In this document: in pieces, positions 1-8,681 of the stretch
Layout: each line of letters starts with the position of its first letter
How positions within the stretch are numbered: the stretch's first letter is position 1
From: Candidatus Harrisonbacteria bacterium
Lineage (GTDB): Bacteria > Patescibacteriota > Minisyncoccia > UBA6257 > 02-FULL-45-10c
Direction: 5' to 3'
Length of the DNA: 64,000 bases
NCBI GenBank assembly: GCA_016214655.1
Contig: JACROC010000005.1
Span: 3,078 to 67,077 of the forward strand
The notes under the pieces: model-generated
The model's database searches: none
Told to the model about the DNA's origin: nothing
What the model saw: the letters and a program-made list of their open reading frames with translations, nothing else
Position numbers and translations under genes: made by a program

Positions 1-137
1 TCCCGCATTTTCTTTAACAATTCTTGGATATCCTTGCGGGAATATTTTTTAAAATCAAAATCAGCCACCTTTTTCCTAAGCAGTTTAACGTCTTTTTTGT
101 TATCTATAGTCCAAATTCCATTTAAAGTCATGGTATT

Positions 138-416
138 TTATTTCTTTCTAATATCGGATGCTTTCAGGACTTTCATAAAATACGCTCCTTTGTTGTCTAT
201 ATTTTTCCGTTCGGCGACATTTTTTGCCAGCCGTATCAGTTCGTTGTTATCGTAAATCTTGGAAAGCCGCATGTAAAGCGACTTATGTTCCGGGTCGTTT
301 AAAATTTCTGCCAGGGACAAGCCGGTCATCTGATGCGGCTTGTAAACCCTGGATTTTTTTGAGCGGTCTCTCAGAAGCTCAAGGTATTCGCTTCTTAATT
401 TCCTTATATCCTCCAT
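138..416 (-). CDS. hypothetical small protein (92 aa), charged/helical
   Basis: ORF-track ORF with no recognisable motif. The overlapping plus-strand ORF 34..255 looks like low-complexity junk. Confidence 0.4.
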   Translation of the reverse strand: MEDIRKLRSEYLELLRDRSKKSRVYKPHQMTGLSLAEILNDPEHKSLYMRLSKIYDNNELIRLAKNVAERKNIDNKGAYFMKVLKASDIRKK

Positions 417-437
417 AATTATTATAATAAGTTTAAT

Positions 438-995
438 ATGAAAAAGAGATTATTCATAGCCATTAATCTGCCGGAAGATGTTAAGGATAAAATTGAAAAA
501 GCGGTAGAGGAAATACGATATAAATTTATAAACGACGTCCGTTTTTTGTCCAGGGATAATTGGCATATAACCATAACTTTTTTAGGCGACCAGGACGATA
601 AATCTCTGCCGGCGATTATTCAGAGCATGAAGGGGGCGACATCGGGTTTCCAGCAGCCAATTATTAGATTTGCGGATATTGATTATGGCCCGAAAGGCAA
701 GCCGCCGCGAATGATTTGGTTAAACGGCGCCGCCGAGTCGGCGAAAGATTTAGACGTCTTGAAGAGAAATTTAGACGACGGCTTAGTTGAAAACGGAGTT
801 ATATTTAAAAAAGAGCGACGCCATTTTAATATCCACATCACTCTCGCCAGATTTTCCTTTAGCGAAGATTTGCCGGTTATTAAATCCGATTTTAAAACCA
901 GCTTTCAGGCAAAGTCGCTGGACATGATGGAATCGCGCTTTTTACGTTCTGGCGCCGAGTATAATCTTTTGCAAACTATGGCATTTAAACTATAA
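438..995 (+). CDS. thpR: RNA 2',3'-cyclic phosphodiesterase / 2'-5' RNA ligase (2H phosphoesterase family)
   Basis: Carries the two H-x-T-x motifs (HITITFLG and HITLARF) typical of the LigT/ThpR 2H family. Length about 185 aa fits. Confidence 0.75.
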   Translation: MKKRLFIAINLPEDVKDKIEKAVEEIRYKFINDVRFLSRDNWHITITFLGDQDDKSLPAIIQSMKGATSGFQQPIIRFADIDYGPKGKPPRMIWLNGAAESAKDLDVLKRNLDDGLVENGVIFKKERRHFNIHITLARFSFSEDLPVIKSDFKTSFQAKSLDMMESRFLRSGAEYNLLQTMAFKL

Positions 996-1013
996 TAATC
1001 AGATAAAGCTAAA

Positions 1014-2294
1014 ATGCCCAAAAAGCATTACTTAAAAGAGGTCATTCTCTATACCGGATTGTTTATTGCGTTAGCCGCCGTGGGCGCCAGCTCTTTTTAT
1101 TTCGGGTATCAGCGGGGGGCGGCCAGTCCTCGGAAGGTTACGGTGGAAAATCTTACCAATCTTGAAGGAAAAGAAAATTTAAAAACCGATTTCGGCGTTT
1201 TTTGGGAGGCTTGGGACGTTCTAAAAAAAGAGCATCTCAAAGGGGAGGAAGCAAAGGATAAAGATTTAGTTTACGGGGCTATTAAAGGTTTGGTCAGTTC
1301 GCTTGGCGATCCCCACACGGTATTTTTTCCGCCGGAGGATTCCAAGAAATTTGAAGAAGATGTTTCCGGCAATTTTGGCGGAATCGGAGCGGAAATCGGC
1401 ATCAGGAGCAATCAGCTGGTGGTGATAGCTCCGTTAAAAGGGAATCCGGCGGAAAAAGTCGGATTAAAAGCCGGTGATAAAATTGTCGCGATTGACGGGA
1501 AGGGTACGGAGGGGGTAGATGTGAATGAGGCGGTTAAAAAGATCAGGGGAGAAATCGGCACTGAAGTTACGCTGACGATTTTTAGGGATGGCTGGGAACG
1601 AACCAAGGATTTTAAGATTATGCGGGCAAATATTGAAATACCAACTTTGGAATGGGAGCTGATCCAAAAAGACAGCAAAGAATTGGCACATATTAAGCTT
1701 TTCAGTTTTAATCAAAACGCCCCGGCGGTATTTTATAAGGCGGCGCTGGCGGTTTTACTTGGCAAAGCGGACGGAATAATTTTGGATTTAAGAAATGATC
1801 CGGGAGGATATCTGGAGGTGGCGGTTAATCTTGCCGGCTGGTTTCTGAATCGCGGAGAAGTTATCGTGACGGAAAAATTCCGCCAAGGAGATCCGATTGT
1901 TTTTTATGCTAACGGCAACGGCGCTTTGAGAAATGTGCCCACCGTAATTTTAGTAAATAAAGGATCGGCATCGGCTTCGGAAATTTTGGCCGGGGCTTTG
2001 CGCTCTCAGCTCGGAATTAAATTAGTCGGAGAAAAAACTTTTGGCAAGGGGACTGTCCAGGAATTGAGGCCTTTAAGCGACAATTCTAAAATAAAGCTGA
2101 CTATTGCCAACTGGGTTTTGCCGGACGGCCATATTATAGATGATCAGGGGCTGAAGCCGGATGTTGAAGTGGAAATAAAAGAGGAGGATTTGGAAAAAGC
2201 GGAAAAGAATAAAATTAAAATAGATCCCCAATTAGATAAAGCCGCGGAGGTTCTTTTAGAAGAGATCAAGCAAAAATTATTGGTGCAAAGCTAA
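1014..2294 (+). CDS. ctpA: C-terminal processing peptidase, S41 family (PDZ domain)
   Basis: N-terminal TM segment and PDZ region (GIGAEIG...[13 protein letters not shown]). S41 catalytic motifs are DLRNDPGG and [13 protein letters not shown]. Confidence 0.85.
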   Translation: MPKKHYLKEVILYTGLFIALAAVGASSFYFGYQRGAASPRKVTVENLTNLEGKENLKTDFGVFWEAWDVLKKEHLKGEEAKDKDLVYGAIKGLVSSLGDPHTVFFPPEDSKKFEEDVSGNFGGIGAEIGIRSNQLVVIAPLKGNPAEKVGLKAGDKIVAIDGKGTEGVDVNEAVKKIRGEIGTEVTLTIFRDGWERTKDFKIMRANIEIPTLEWELIQKDSKELAHIKLFSFNQNAPAVFYKAALAVLLGKADGIILDLRNDPGGYLEVAVNLAGWFLNRGEVIVTEKFRQGDPIVFYANGNGALRNVPTVILVNKGSASASEILAGALRSQLGIKLVGEKTFGKGTVQELRPLSDNSKIKLTIANWVLPDGHIIDDQGLKPDVEVEIKEEDLEKAEKNKIKIDPQLDKAAEVLLEEIKQKLLVQS

Positions 2295-2563
2295 AGGACG
2301 TTTACAACCGTAGCGTAGCGTTGGGACCCGTCAAAGCGGGTTTTTTTGGCAGACTTAAATTTAACTTTGCCGGTTTTCATGGCAAAAATTGTATCATCGC
2401 CGCCCAGTTTAACATTAAGTCCGGGCAAGTATTTCGTGCCTCTTTGCCTTACGATAATTTGTCCGGTGTCCACCATCTGGCCATCGGATCTTTTAATTCC
2501 GAGCCGCTTGGACTCTGACTCCCTATTATTTTTTGCCGCACCAACCGATTTAGTATGTGCCAC
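2291..2563 (-). CDS. rpmA: 50S ribosomal protein L27
   Basis: Begins (GTG start) [22 protein letters not shown]..., the canonical L27 N-terminus. The 3' end overlaps the ctp stop by 4 nt (convergent). Confidence 0.9.
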   Translation of the reverse strand: MAHTKSVGAAKNNRESESKRLGIKRSDGQMVDTGQIIVRQRGTKYLPGLNVKLGGDDTIFAMKTGKVKFKSAKKTRFDGSQRYATVVNVL

Positions 2564-2570
2564 ACCATTT

Positions 2571-2650
2571 AGCTGTTAGCTGTTAGCTATTAGCTGTTAG
2601 AAATTTTAATTTATCTAAAAGCCAAAAGCTCAAAACCAAAAGCTGTAATT
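2571..2650. repeat. tandem heptamer array (AGCTGTT)x4 plus partially complementary array (CTAAAAGCC-like) directly upstream of the rpmA start
   Basis: Direct reading: agctgttagctgttagctattagctgttag followed by ctaaaagccaaaagctcaaaaccaaaagct. In the mRNA sense this gives (CUAACAG)n directly before the GTG start of rpmA. Confidence 0.8.
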
Positions 2651-2672
2651 TATTAAGAAATTATAGTACCAT

Positions 2673-2834
2673 ATGACCGATATGTCAAATATGTCTAATT
2701 GGGCTGATAAGCTTAAAAAACGCGAAGTTATCTTATTTTTAATCTTATTTTTGATCAGTTCTCTTAGTTTTGGACTAGGTTATTTGTTGGCGAAACAAGA
2801 AGGAGCGGCGCCTATCATTATTGAGAAACAGTGA
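2673..2834 (+). CDS. possible small membrane protein (about 53 aa, MTDMSNMSNWADKLKKREVILFLILFLISSLSFGLGYLLAKQEGAAPIIIEKQ)
   Basis: Unannotated short ORF in a 295-bp gap with one clear TM helix. No obvious SD. Coordinates approximate. Confidence 0.3.
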   Translation: MTDMSNMSNWADKLKKREVILFLILFLISSLSFGLGYLLAKQEGAAPIIIEKQ

Positions 2835-2858
2835 TAGGACTAATAAGTTCTATAGGAC

Positions 2859-3620
2859 CTATAGGTAGCCTGTTTGTTTCAGCCATTTGATATTTTCCCA
2901 CTCCCAAAGTTTTTTCGCTCCCAGAAATGCCTGAAAATCTTCTTTCCAAAACGGAAATTCTTGAAGTTCAGTAATGCCAGTTAAGTCTGACCATTGGTGC
3001 GCGCTTTCCTCGCAGGGTTTGGATTTTCCTCGGCGGATTTTATTTCTTCCGCCTTTGGGACGCATAGTTGCTTTGCATTGGAGGCAAGTCTTTATTTGGT
3101 CAATGCGGAGAATCCAGCGGGTTTCTAAACTCGGCAATTCTGCGAGAAGCGCTTCAATATAGGCGGAGGTTTGCAGATTATAATCCCGGTAAATGGCTTG
3201 AGAGGTTTTAATGTCCAAAACTCCGAATTTGCCGTCAATTAAAGCCAGGGTGTCTATGGTTCCGGCGTAGCGGTGTTCCGGGTGAAAAATCCTTTTTTCC
3301 ACGAACTCTTTGTCAACGTGGATATTTCGTTCATCCAAGAAATTTAAAAAGCCATTGATGGCCGGCGCAATCTCCACGGGTATTTCCGGTTTTTCTCCGA
3401 CCAGAAATTTTTCGGTAACTTCGTGGATTAAAGTCCCTTCTTTGGCGGAATTTTCCGTCATTTCTCTGGCGGCATTATAACTGGCAGCTTCGCCATAGAA
3501 TCGGTAGAGAGCGGGCTTGGATTTAATTTCCACGATTTTAGTTACGCGCGGATACCAATGACCGTCAATTTCATAACCGCATTTTTCTTTAAAATCTTCT
3601 GCGTTTTTAAAGTCGTACAT
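2859..3620 (-). CDS. PD-(D/E)xK nuclease with Cas4/RecB-like Cys cluster (orphan Cas4-like)
   Basis: Has a D..(D/E)xK core (GTIDTLALIDGKFGVLDIKTS). One N-terminal Cys (KCGYE) plus a C-terminal C-x2-C...C cluster (TCLQCK...KPC) resembles a Cas4-type Fe-S ligand set. No CRISPR array or other cas genes in the window. Confidence 0.55.
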   Translation of the reverse strand: MYDFKNAEDFKEKCGYEIDGHWYPRVTKIVEIKSKPALYRFYGEAASYNAAREMTENSAKEGTLIHEVTEKFLVGEKPEIPVEIAPAINGFLNFLDERNIHVDKEFVEKRIFHPEHRYAGTIDTLALIDGKFGVLDIKTSQAIYRDYNLQTSAYIEALLAELPSLETRWILRIDQIKTCLQCKATMRPKGGRNKIRRGKSKPCEESAHQWSDLTGITELQEFPFWKEDFQAFLGAKKLWEWENIKWLKQTGYL

Positions 3621-3731
3621 TGTTTAATTCTAGGCTAAATCCGATTGGCTGTAAAATCTTAACGTATTTGTGGGGCTTATGGGATTTATGAGACAGATGG
3701 GTTCTGTGGTAAAATTATAAGAAATATATTT

Positions 3732-5333
3732 ATGGCAGAAAAAAAACAACCAACAGCTTTAATTATTTTTGACGGTTTTGGCATTACCGTTGAGAAGAGG
3801 GGTAATGCCATTGCCGCGGCCAAAACTCCCAATTTAAATCAAATCAGCCAATATTATCCCGGTACTACTTTGCGGGCTTCCGGCGTTGAGGTCGGTTTAG
3901 CCTGGGGAGAAATGGGCAGTTCGGAAGTCGGCCACGCCAATATGGGCGCGGGATTGGTAGTCTATCAGAACCTGGAAAAAATTAATTTAGCCATCCGTGA
4001 TGGCTCTTTTGCTCAGCTCCCAGCTTGGAAGAGGCTAGCTGATCACGCCGTTAAAAATAACTCCAATATTCATTTAATGGGGCTTCTATCTAACGGCGGC
4101 GTCCATTCCCATATTGAGCACATTCTGGCTATTTTACGCAATATTAAAGATTTGAATTATAAAGGCAAGGTTTTTATCCACGCTTTTACTGACGGCCAGG
4201 ATGTGGCTCCGCAATCTGCTTTGATATTTTTGAGTATCCTAAAGGAAGAAATGAGTAAAATTAAAATCGGCGAGATAGCGACTGTGATGGGGCGATACTA
4301 TGCAATGGATAAAAATGAGGAATGGGAACGTACTCAAAAAGCTTATGACTGCTTAACTGAAGGATCCGGAGTTAAGGCCGCGGATCCGGAACAAGCGATC
4401 CTAGACTCTTATTCTAAAGAAGTAAAAGACGAGCATATAAAGCCGGTCGTTATTGTGGATAAAAAAAATCAGCCGGTTGGCCTGGTTAAAGAAGGCGATG
4501 TTCTGATGTTTTTTAATTTCCGCGCCGATCGGGCGAGGCAGATCACCCGCTCTTTTATATTTGCCGATAAATTTGACAAGTTTCCGGTTAAAAAATTTAA
4601 AAATTTGCTGTTTGTTCCCCTGACGCAATATGGACTGGATTATCCGGTAGAGCCGGCTTTTCCTCTCCAGAATATTAAAAATCCGCTTGCCAAAGTTGTT
4701 TCTGACGCCGGAAAAACTCAATTTCATATCGCGGAAGCGGAAAAATACGCCCACGTAACTTATTTTTTCAATGGCGGTCTGGAAACACCGTTTCCAGGAG
4801 AAGATCGGGGCATTATTCCTTCCAAGAAAGTAAAAGGATTTGATGAAAAGCCGGAGATGAGCGCTCATGAGATTACCGGGCGGGTTATCTCGGAATTAGG
4901 AAAGAATAATTATGATTTGTATGTTATCAATTTTGCTAATGGCGATATTGTCGGCCACACCGGTAATTTTAAGGCCGCGGTTAAAGCGATAGAGGTGCTG
5001 GATGAGTGTATAGGTAAGATTAAAGATGAGGTTTTAAAATTAGGCGGCACGTTGGTGATAACCGGCGATCATGGCAATGTGGAAGAGATGATTAACTTAG
5101 AAACCGGCGAGACTGATAAAGAACATTCCACTAATCCGGTGCCGTTTTGGGTTATCAGCGCGGACATTAAAAAAACCTCGGCTATCGAGGGCGTAACTCA
5201 AGTTGAACCCGGCGGAATCCTGGCTGATATTTCACCGACTATTTTGGAATTGATGGGAATATCAAAGCCGGAAGAGATGACAGGGAGTAGTTTAATAAAC
5301 GTGGTTTCTTATTGTCCGCTGCCTAAGGAGTGA
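3732..5333 (+). CDS. gpmI: 2,3-bisphosphoglycerate-independent phosphoglycerate mutase
   Basis: Colinear iPGM signature (LIIFDGFG, EVGHANMGAG, TGDHGN). An extended -10 (TGGTAAAAT) lies about 25 nt upstream. Confidence 0.9.
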   Translation: MAEKKQPTALIIFDGFGITVEKRGNAIAAAKTPNLNQISQYYPGTTLRASGVEVGLAWGEMGSSEVGHANMGAGLVVYQNLEKINLAIRDGSFAQLPAWKRLADHAVKNNSNIHLMGLLSNGGVHSHIEHILAILRNIKDLNYKGKVFIHAFTDGQDVAPQSALIFLSILKEEMSKIKIGEIATVMGRYYAMDKNEEWERTQKAYDCLTEGSGVKAADPEQAILDSYSKEVKDEHIKPVVIVDKKNQPVGLVKEGDVLMFFNFRADRARQITRSFIFADKFDKFPVKKFKNLLFVPLTQYGLDYPVEPAFPLQNIKNPLAKVVSDAGKTQFHIAEAEKYAHVTYFFNGGLETPFPGEDRGIIPSKKVKGFDEKPEMSAHEITGRVISELGKNNYDLYVINFANGDIVGHTGNFKAAVKAIEVLDECIGKIKDEVLKLGGTLVITGDHGNVEEMINLETGETDKEHSTNPVPFWVISADIKKTSAIEGVTQVEPGGILADISPTILELMGISKPEEMTGSSLINVVSYCPLPKE

Positions 5334-8300
5334 AGCGCATTGGTGCTGGAGGAGGAACTGGCGGCGGAGCAGCGGGGGATTGCGGCGCAGGTGGTTGCGA
5401 CATAGGCGGCTGCGGCGTGGCCGCGGTGCCAGGTTTCATTTTAATATCCAGCGTTGGCAGGCCCGCTTTTTCTAATATCAGTGATTCAGACCGGAATGAC
5501 GCGAAGCCGGCTTTAGAGCAGGTGATATAATATTTACCGGGCGTAAGCAGGAAGTGGAAACGTCCTTGCTCATCGGTAACTTTAGTGGCTAAAAGCCAAT
5601 TTTTTTCTTCGTCAAAAATTCTGACGACCGCCAATGACAGGGGAGAGTTAGTGGCTTCATCAATAATCGTGCCGAATGGTTTGAGTAACCGGAAAGTGAA
5701 GTAGATTTTTAACGAATCTAAAATTATATAAACTATGAGCGTGAAGTAGTTCAGAAAGTTTGGGACAATAGCAAGAGAAACAATGCTGACCAGAGTTCCA
5801 AAAGCCAGCAGATACGGATTTAAAAGTTCGATAAATCTCTTAAGGGCGTTCCATATATTGACTCTCTTAAGATATTCCAGACTGATTTCTCCGATGCTCG
5901 GAGTGATGGAAAGTTCTAAGTTAAGAATTTGATCCGTTGTAGATATGGTAATAGCTTCTGTTTCAAAGGTTTCGTATCCGTTCTTAGAAACTTTAATGTA
6001 ATATTTTCCCGAACCTACTAATGCGCCAAAGCGTCCTTCTAAATCGGTAGTTTGGCTATCCTTTAATTTTTTAAACTCTGATTCATAGATTTGGATAGTT
6101 GCCGCCTGGAGAGGTTTGCCGCTTAATTTATCAATAATTCTTCCCCATGGCTTGCGCCGTTTGAACCGGATTAAGCCGAGTAAATAAAATCTGCTCAAAC
6201 TTAATGTTTGAAGCACTTGGGAAAGATTAATTGCGAAAGTGGCGCTGCCGGCAGTAGCGGTAACAGTTACTGCTCCGGCAGTTGCGGTAGAAACGGTTAT
6301 GGAAACTGGTGTTGCAATATCGTCCACTGTTTTTCGCGTGCCCGGATCTTTCCTTAATATTGCGACGGTTTTCTGAACCTCGCTATTTAATACTTTTAAT
6401 GATTCGGTGAATTTAAAACCCTTGGAGATTATTATATTAACCGTGGAATTTGGCGGAAGATTTTCAGCGTTCCATTTGACATTATATTTTTTCCCGATAG
6501 TTAAAGTTTCTCCGCCATTCGGATATAGGAGTTTAATTGACGGACCGCCGGCAGTTTGGGCGTAAGCAACCAACTGGTTAGCGGTAAAAATTTTTCCGAG
6601 TGATGCCGGTATAAATAAACTGCTAATTTCTCCTTCTGTATTTTGCAAAGCGGCCAAAGAAGCAACTAAGTTGAAAGGCGCATCACTGCTATCCTGAATT
6701 GACGAATCGGCAGAGGAGACCACGGTTATTCTGTAGTCGCTGCCCGGGGTAAGCGCTAAGGTGCCAACTTCGCTGGCCAGAACTCCCTTTGAAGTGCTCC
6801 AGGTATGCCGTCCGGTATTTGGAGCGTCGCTTACGATTATTGCAATCCCAGCAGATCCGGTAGTGATGCCTTTAAATGTTTCCAGGAAGCCAGTTGTTAC
6901 TGCATTTCCGATTTCTGCCGCTTCTGCACCAAGGCGGCGGACAGTTTCCAGGGCTTCAGCTGTGGAAACCCGAGCTTCGGCGGCTTCAATAATAGCGTTT
7001 AAAGAATTCGTTGTGATGGCGGTGATATCCAGTCCGGCGGTTTGCGCCTCAGCTAATTCTATAATGATATTGGTGAAGGCGATGGAGCTGATGTCTGAAA
7101 TATTTACCCCTTGGTCTGCGGCCGCATCTAAAGCGGTAATGATAGTGCTTAATGCTTTTGAATCAAGGGTGCTTACATTAACGCCGGAGGTTTGCGCTGA
7201 ACTAAGACCCTGAATAAATAACGACATAACCTCACTATCAATTGTTGTTAGATTTACGCCGGTACTGGCGGCGATATCTATCGCTTGTATCGTGGCAGCT
7301 AGCACTGCGCTATCAACGGCTGAAATGCCGGCGCGTGTTTCAGCAGCCGCATCCATAGCCAGAATGACCGATGAGATGGTTTGGGTATTAAGTGTAGTTA
7401 CATCAACCCCACTCGTCGAGAGCGTATCTACTGCCTGAATAACCGATGATAAAGCTTCGGTATTAATTGTCGTGACATCTGTTCCTTCGGTCGCCGAGGT
7501 ATTAACTGCCTGAATTACTGAAATAAGAGTTTGGGTATTAATTGCGGAAATATCCACGCCGGCTGTTGAAGCCGCGTCTACTGCTTCCACGACCGCCGCT
7601 AATGATTGGGTATCTATTGAAGCAACATCGGTTCCAGTATTTGCGGCAGTGTTTAGAGTTTCAATTACTGTTACGAGGGTATCGCTATTAAGCGTAGTAA
7701 CATCTGATCCTATGTCGGCGTTGCTATCCACCGCTTGTACAACCGCAGCCAGGGTTGTGGCATCGATTGTTGATACATCCAGCCCGGCCGTTGCGCTAAG
7801 TTCTACCGCCTGAAGAACAGCGCTTAATGTATCGTTGCTAATAGTGCTAGTTTCCGTGCCTTCTGCGGCCGACTGCGCTACGGCTTCGGTAACGGCGGTG
7901 ATAGTTTCTGCGCTTGCCGTAACACCAGTTGTTTCTACTGCCGTGGAGACGCTAGTTTCGGCTGTTGCAGTTTGTTCGGTTGTTGGCGTAGGAGTCGGAG
8001 ATGGCGTCGGTGTCGGTTCTGGACTTGGTGCCGGAGCCGGGGCTGGAGCTGGTGTCGGTTCTGGACTTGGTGCCGGAGCCGGCGTTGGAGCCGGTGCCGG
8101 AGCTGGCGTTGGAGTGGGAGATGTTCCTGCACCCGCGCCCGCTCCACCACCGCCACCACCTCCACCGCCGCCTCCACCAGTAGTGCAAGTGGTTGATTCT
8201 GGAGTAATAGTGTAGGTCAAAGATCCGCCGCTGGATGGCATGGTGATAGTTAGGGTGTTTTTGGTGTCGCTGCAGCTGGTGGTTAGGTAATCTGTTCGTG

Positions 8301-8544
8301 AAGCAGTGAGAACTCTCCGGTTGGCAGAGCTGATGCTAAAGCGCTGGTTCGGCGCCATTATGATGGTAAAACTGTTTTCGTCAAAGGCGATTTCGTCTAA
8401 AAGATTAGAACCACTTTCCACATCTAAAAGAATTCCAGCGACGGAAAGCTGGACTTCTCCGGGAGTTAATTCAAAATCCGCAAGCGCCGTGCCGGATAAT
8501 AAAAGCGATAGCAATAATAATCCCACCCCTGCTTTTTTGACCAT
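5323..8544 (-). CDS. giant secreted/surface repeat protein (1073 aa)
   Basis: Signal peptide, poly-Gly run, long Pro-Thr/Pro-Ala linker, and about 14 tandem ~28-aa repeats (consensus about TxGxDVxTIxxxxLxxVIQAVD). It has two carboxypeptidase-regulatory-like beta-sandwich segments (VTDEQGRFHF..PGKYYI and LEGRFGALVGSGKYYIKV) flanking a hydrophobic TM block, and a Pro-rich C-terminal tail. Confidence 0.85.
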   Translation of the reverse strand: MVKKAGVGLLLLSLLLSGTALADFELTPGEVQLSVAGILLDVESGSNLLDEIAFDENSFTIIMAPNQRFSISSANRRVLTASRTDYLTTSCSDTKNTLTITMPSSGGSLTYTITPESTTCTTGGGGGGGGGGGGAGAGAGTSPTPTPAPAPAPTPAPAPSPEPTPAPAPAPAPSPEPTPTPSPTPTPTTEQTATAETSVSTAVETTGVTASAETITAVTEAVAQSAAEGTETSTISNDTLSAVLQAVELSATAGLDVSTIDATTLAAVVQAVDSNADIGSDVTTLNSDTLVTVIETLNTAANTGTDVASIDTQSLAAVVEAVDAASTAGVDISAINTQTLISVIQAVNTSATEGTDVTTINTEALSSVIQAVDTLSTSGVDVTTLNTQTISSVILAMDAAAETRAGISAVDSAVLAATIQAIDIAASTGVNLTTIDSEVMSLFIQGLSSAQTSGVNVSTLDSKALSTIITALDAAADQGVNISDISSIAFTNIIIELAEAQTAGLDITAITTNSLNAIIEAAEARVSTAEALETVRRLGAEAAEIGNAVTTGFLETFKGITTGSAGIAIIVSDAPNTGRHTWSTSKGVLASEVGTLALTPGSDYRITVVSSADSSIQDSSDAPFNLVASLAALQNTEGEISSLFIPASLGKIFTANQLVAYAQTAGGPSIKLLYPNGGETLTIGKKYNVKWNAENLPPNSTVNIIISKGFKFTESLKVLNSEVQKTVAILRKDPGTRKTVDDIATPVSITVSTATAGAVTVTATAGSATFAINLSQVLQTLSLSRFYLLGLIRFKRRKPWGRIIDKLSGKPLQAATIQIYESEFKKLKDSQTTDLEGRFGALVGSGKYYIKVSKNGYETFETEAITISTTDQILNLELSITPSIGEISLEYLKRVNIWNALKRFIELLNPYLLAFGTLVSIVSLAIVPNFLNYFTLIVYIILDSLKIYFTFRLLKPFGTIIDEATNSPLSLAVVRIFDEEKNWLLATKVTDEQGRFHFLLTPGKYYITCSKAGFASFRSESLILEKAGLPTLDIKMKPGTAATPQPPMSQPPAPQSPAAPPPVPPPAPMRFTP

Positions 8545-8681
8545 AAATCCGTGAATTTTAGTAACAATAGAATTATACCATAACTATATTAAAAATCTTA
8601 CCCCTTCAGCGTGAAACTGTGGATAACTTACATTATATATATACCCACGGTTTTGATATAATTATATTGTAGTTTGTAGGT

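Noticed and set aside
2310-2346. Hairpin acccg-tcaaag-cgggt plus T-run
   Set aside because: It lies inside the rpmA coding region. It could still act as the terminator for the convergent ctp gene, but I cannot separate that from coding constraints.
4401-4868. Antisense ORFs inside gpmI, and similarly inside the surface protein, T4 ATPase, amidohydrolase, EF-Tu and EF-G genes
   Set aside because: They are embedded opposite well-supported conserved genes and have no start signals.
7835-8215. Cluster of antisense and alternate-frame ORFs rich in Arg/Trp or Pro/Ala
   Set aside because: These are artefacts of the Pro-Thr/Pro-Ala and poly-Gly coding region of the 5323..8544 gene, which is GC-rich and repetitive. 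There is no independent support.
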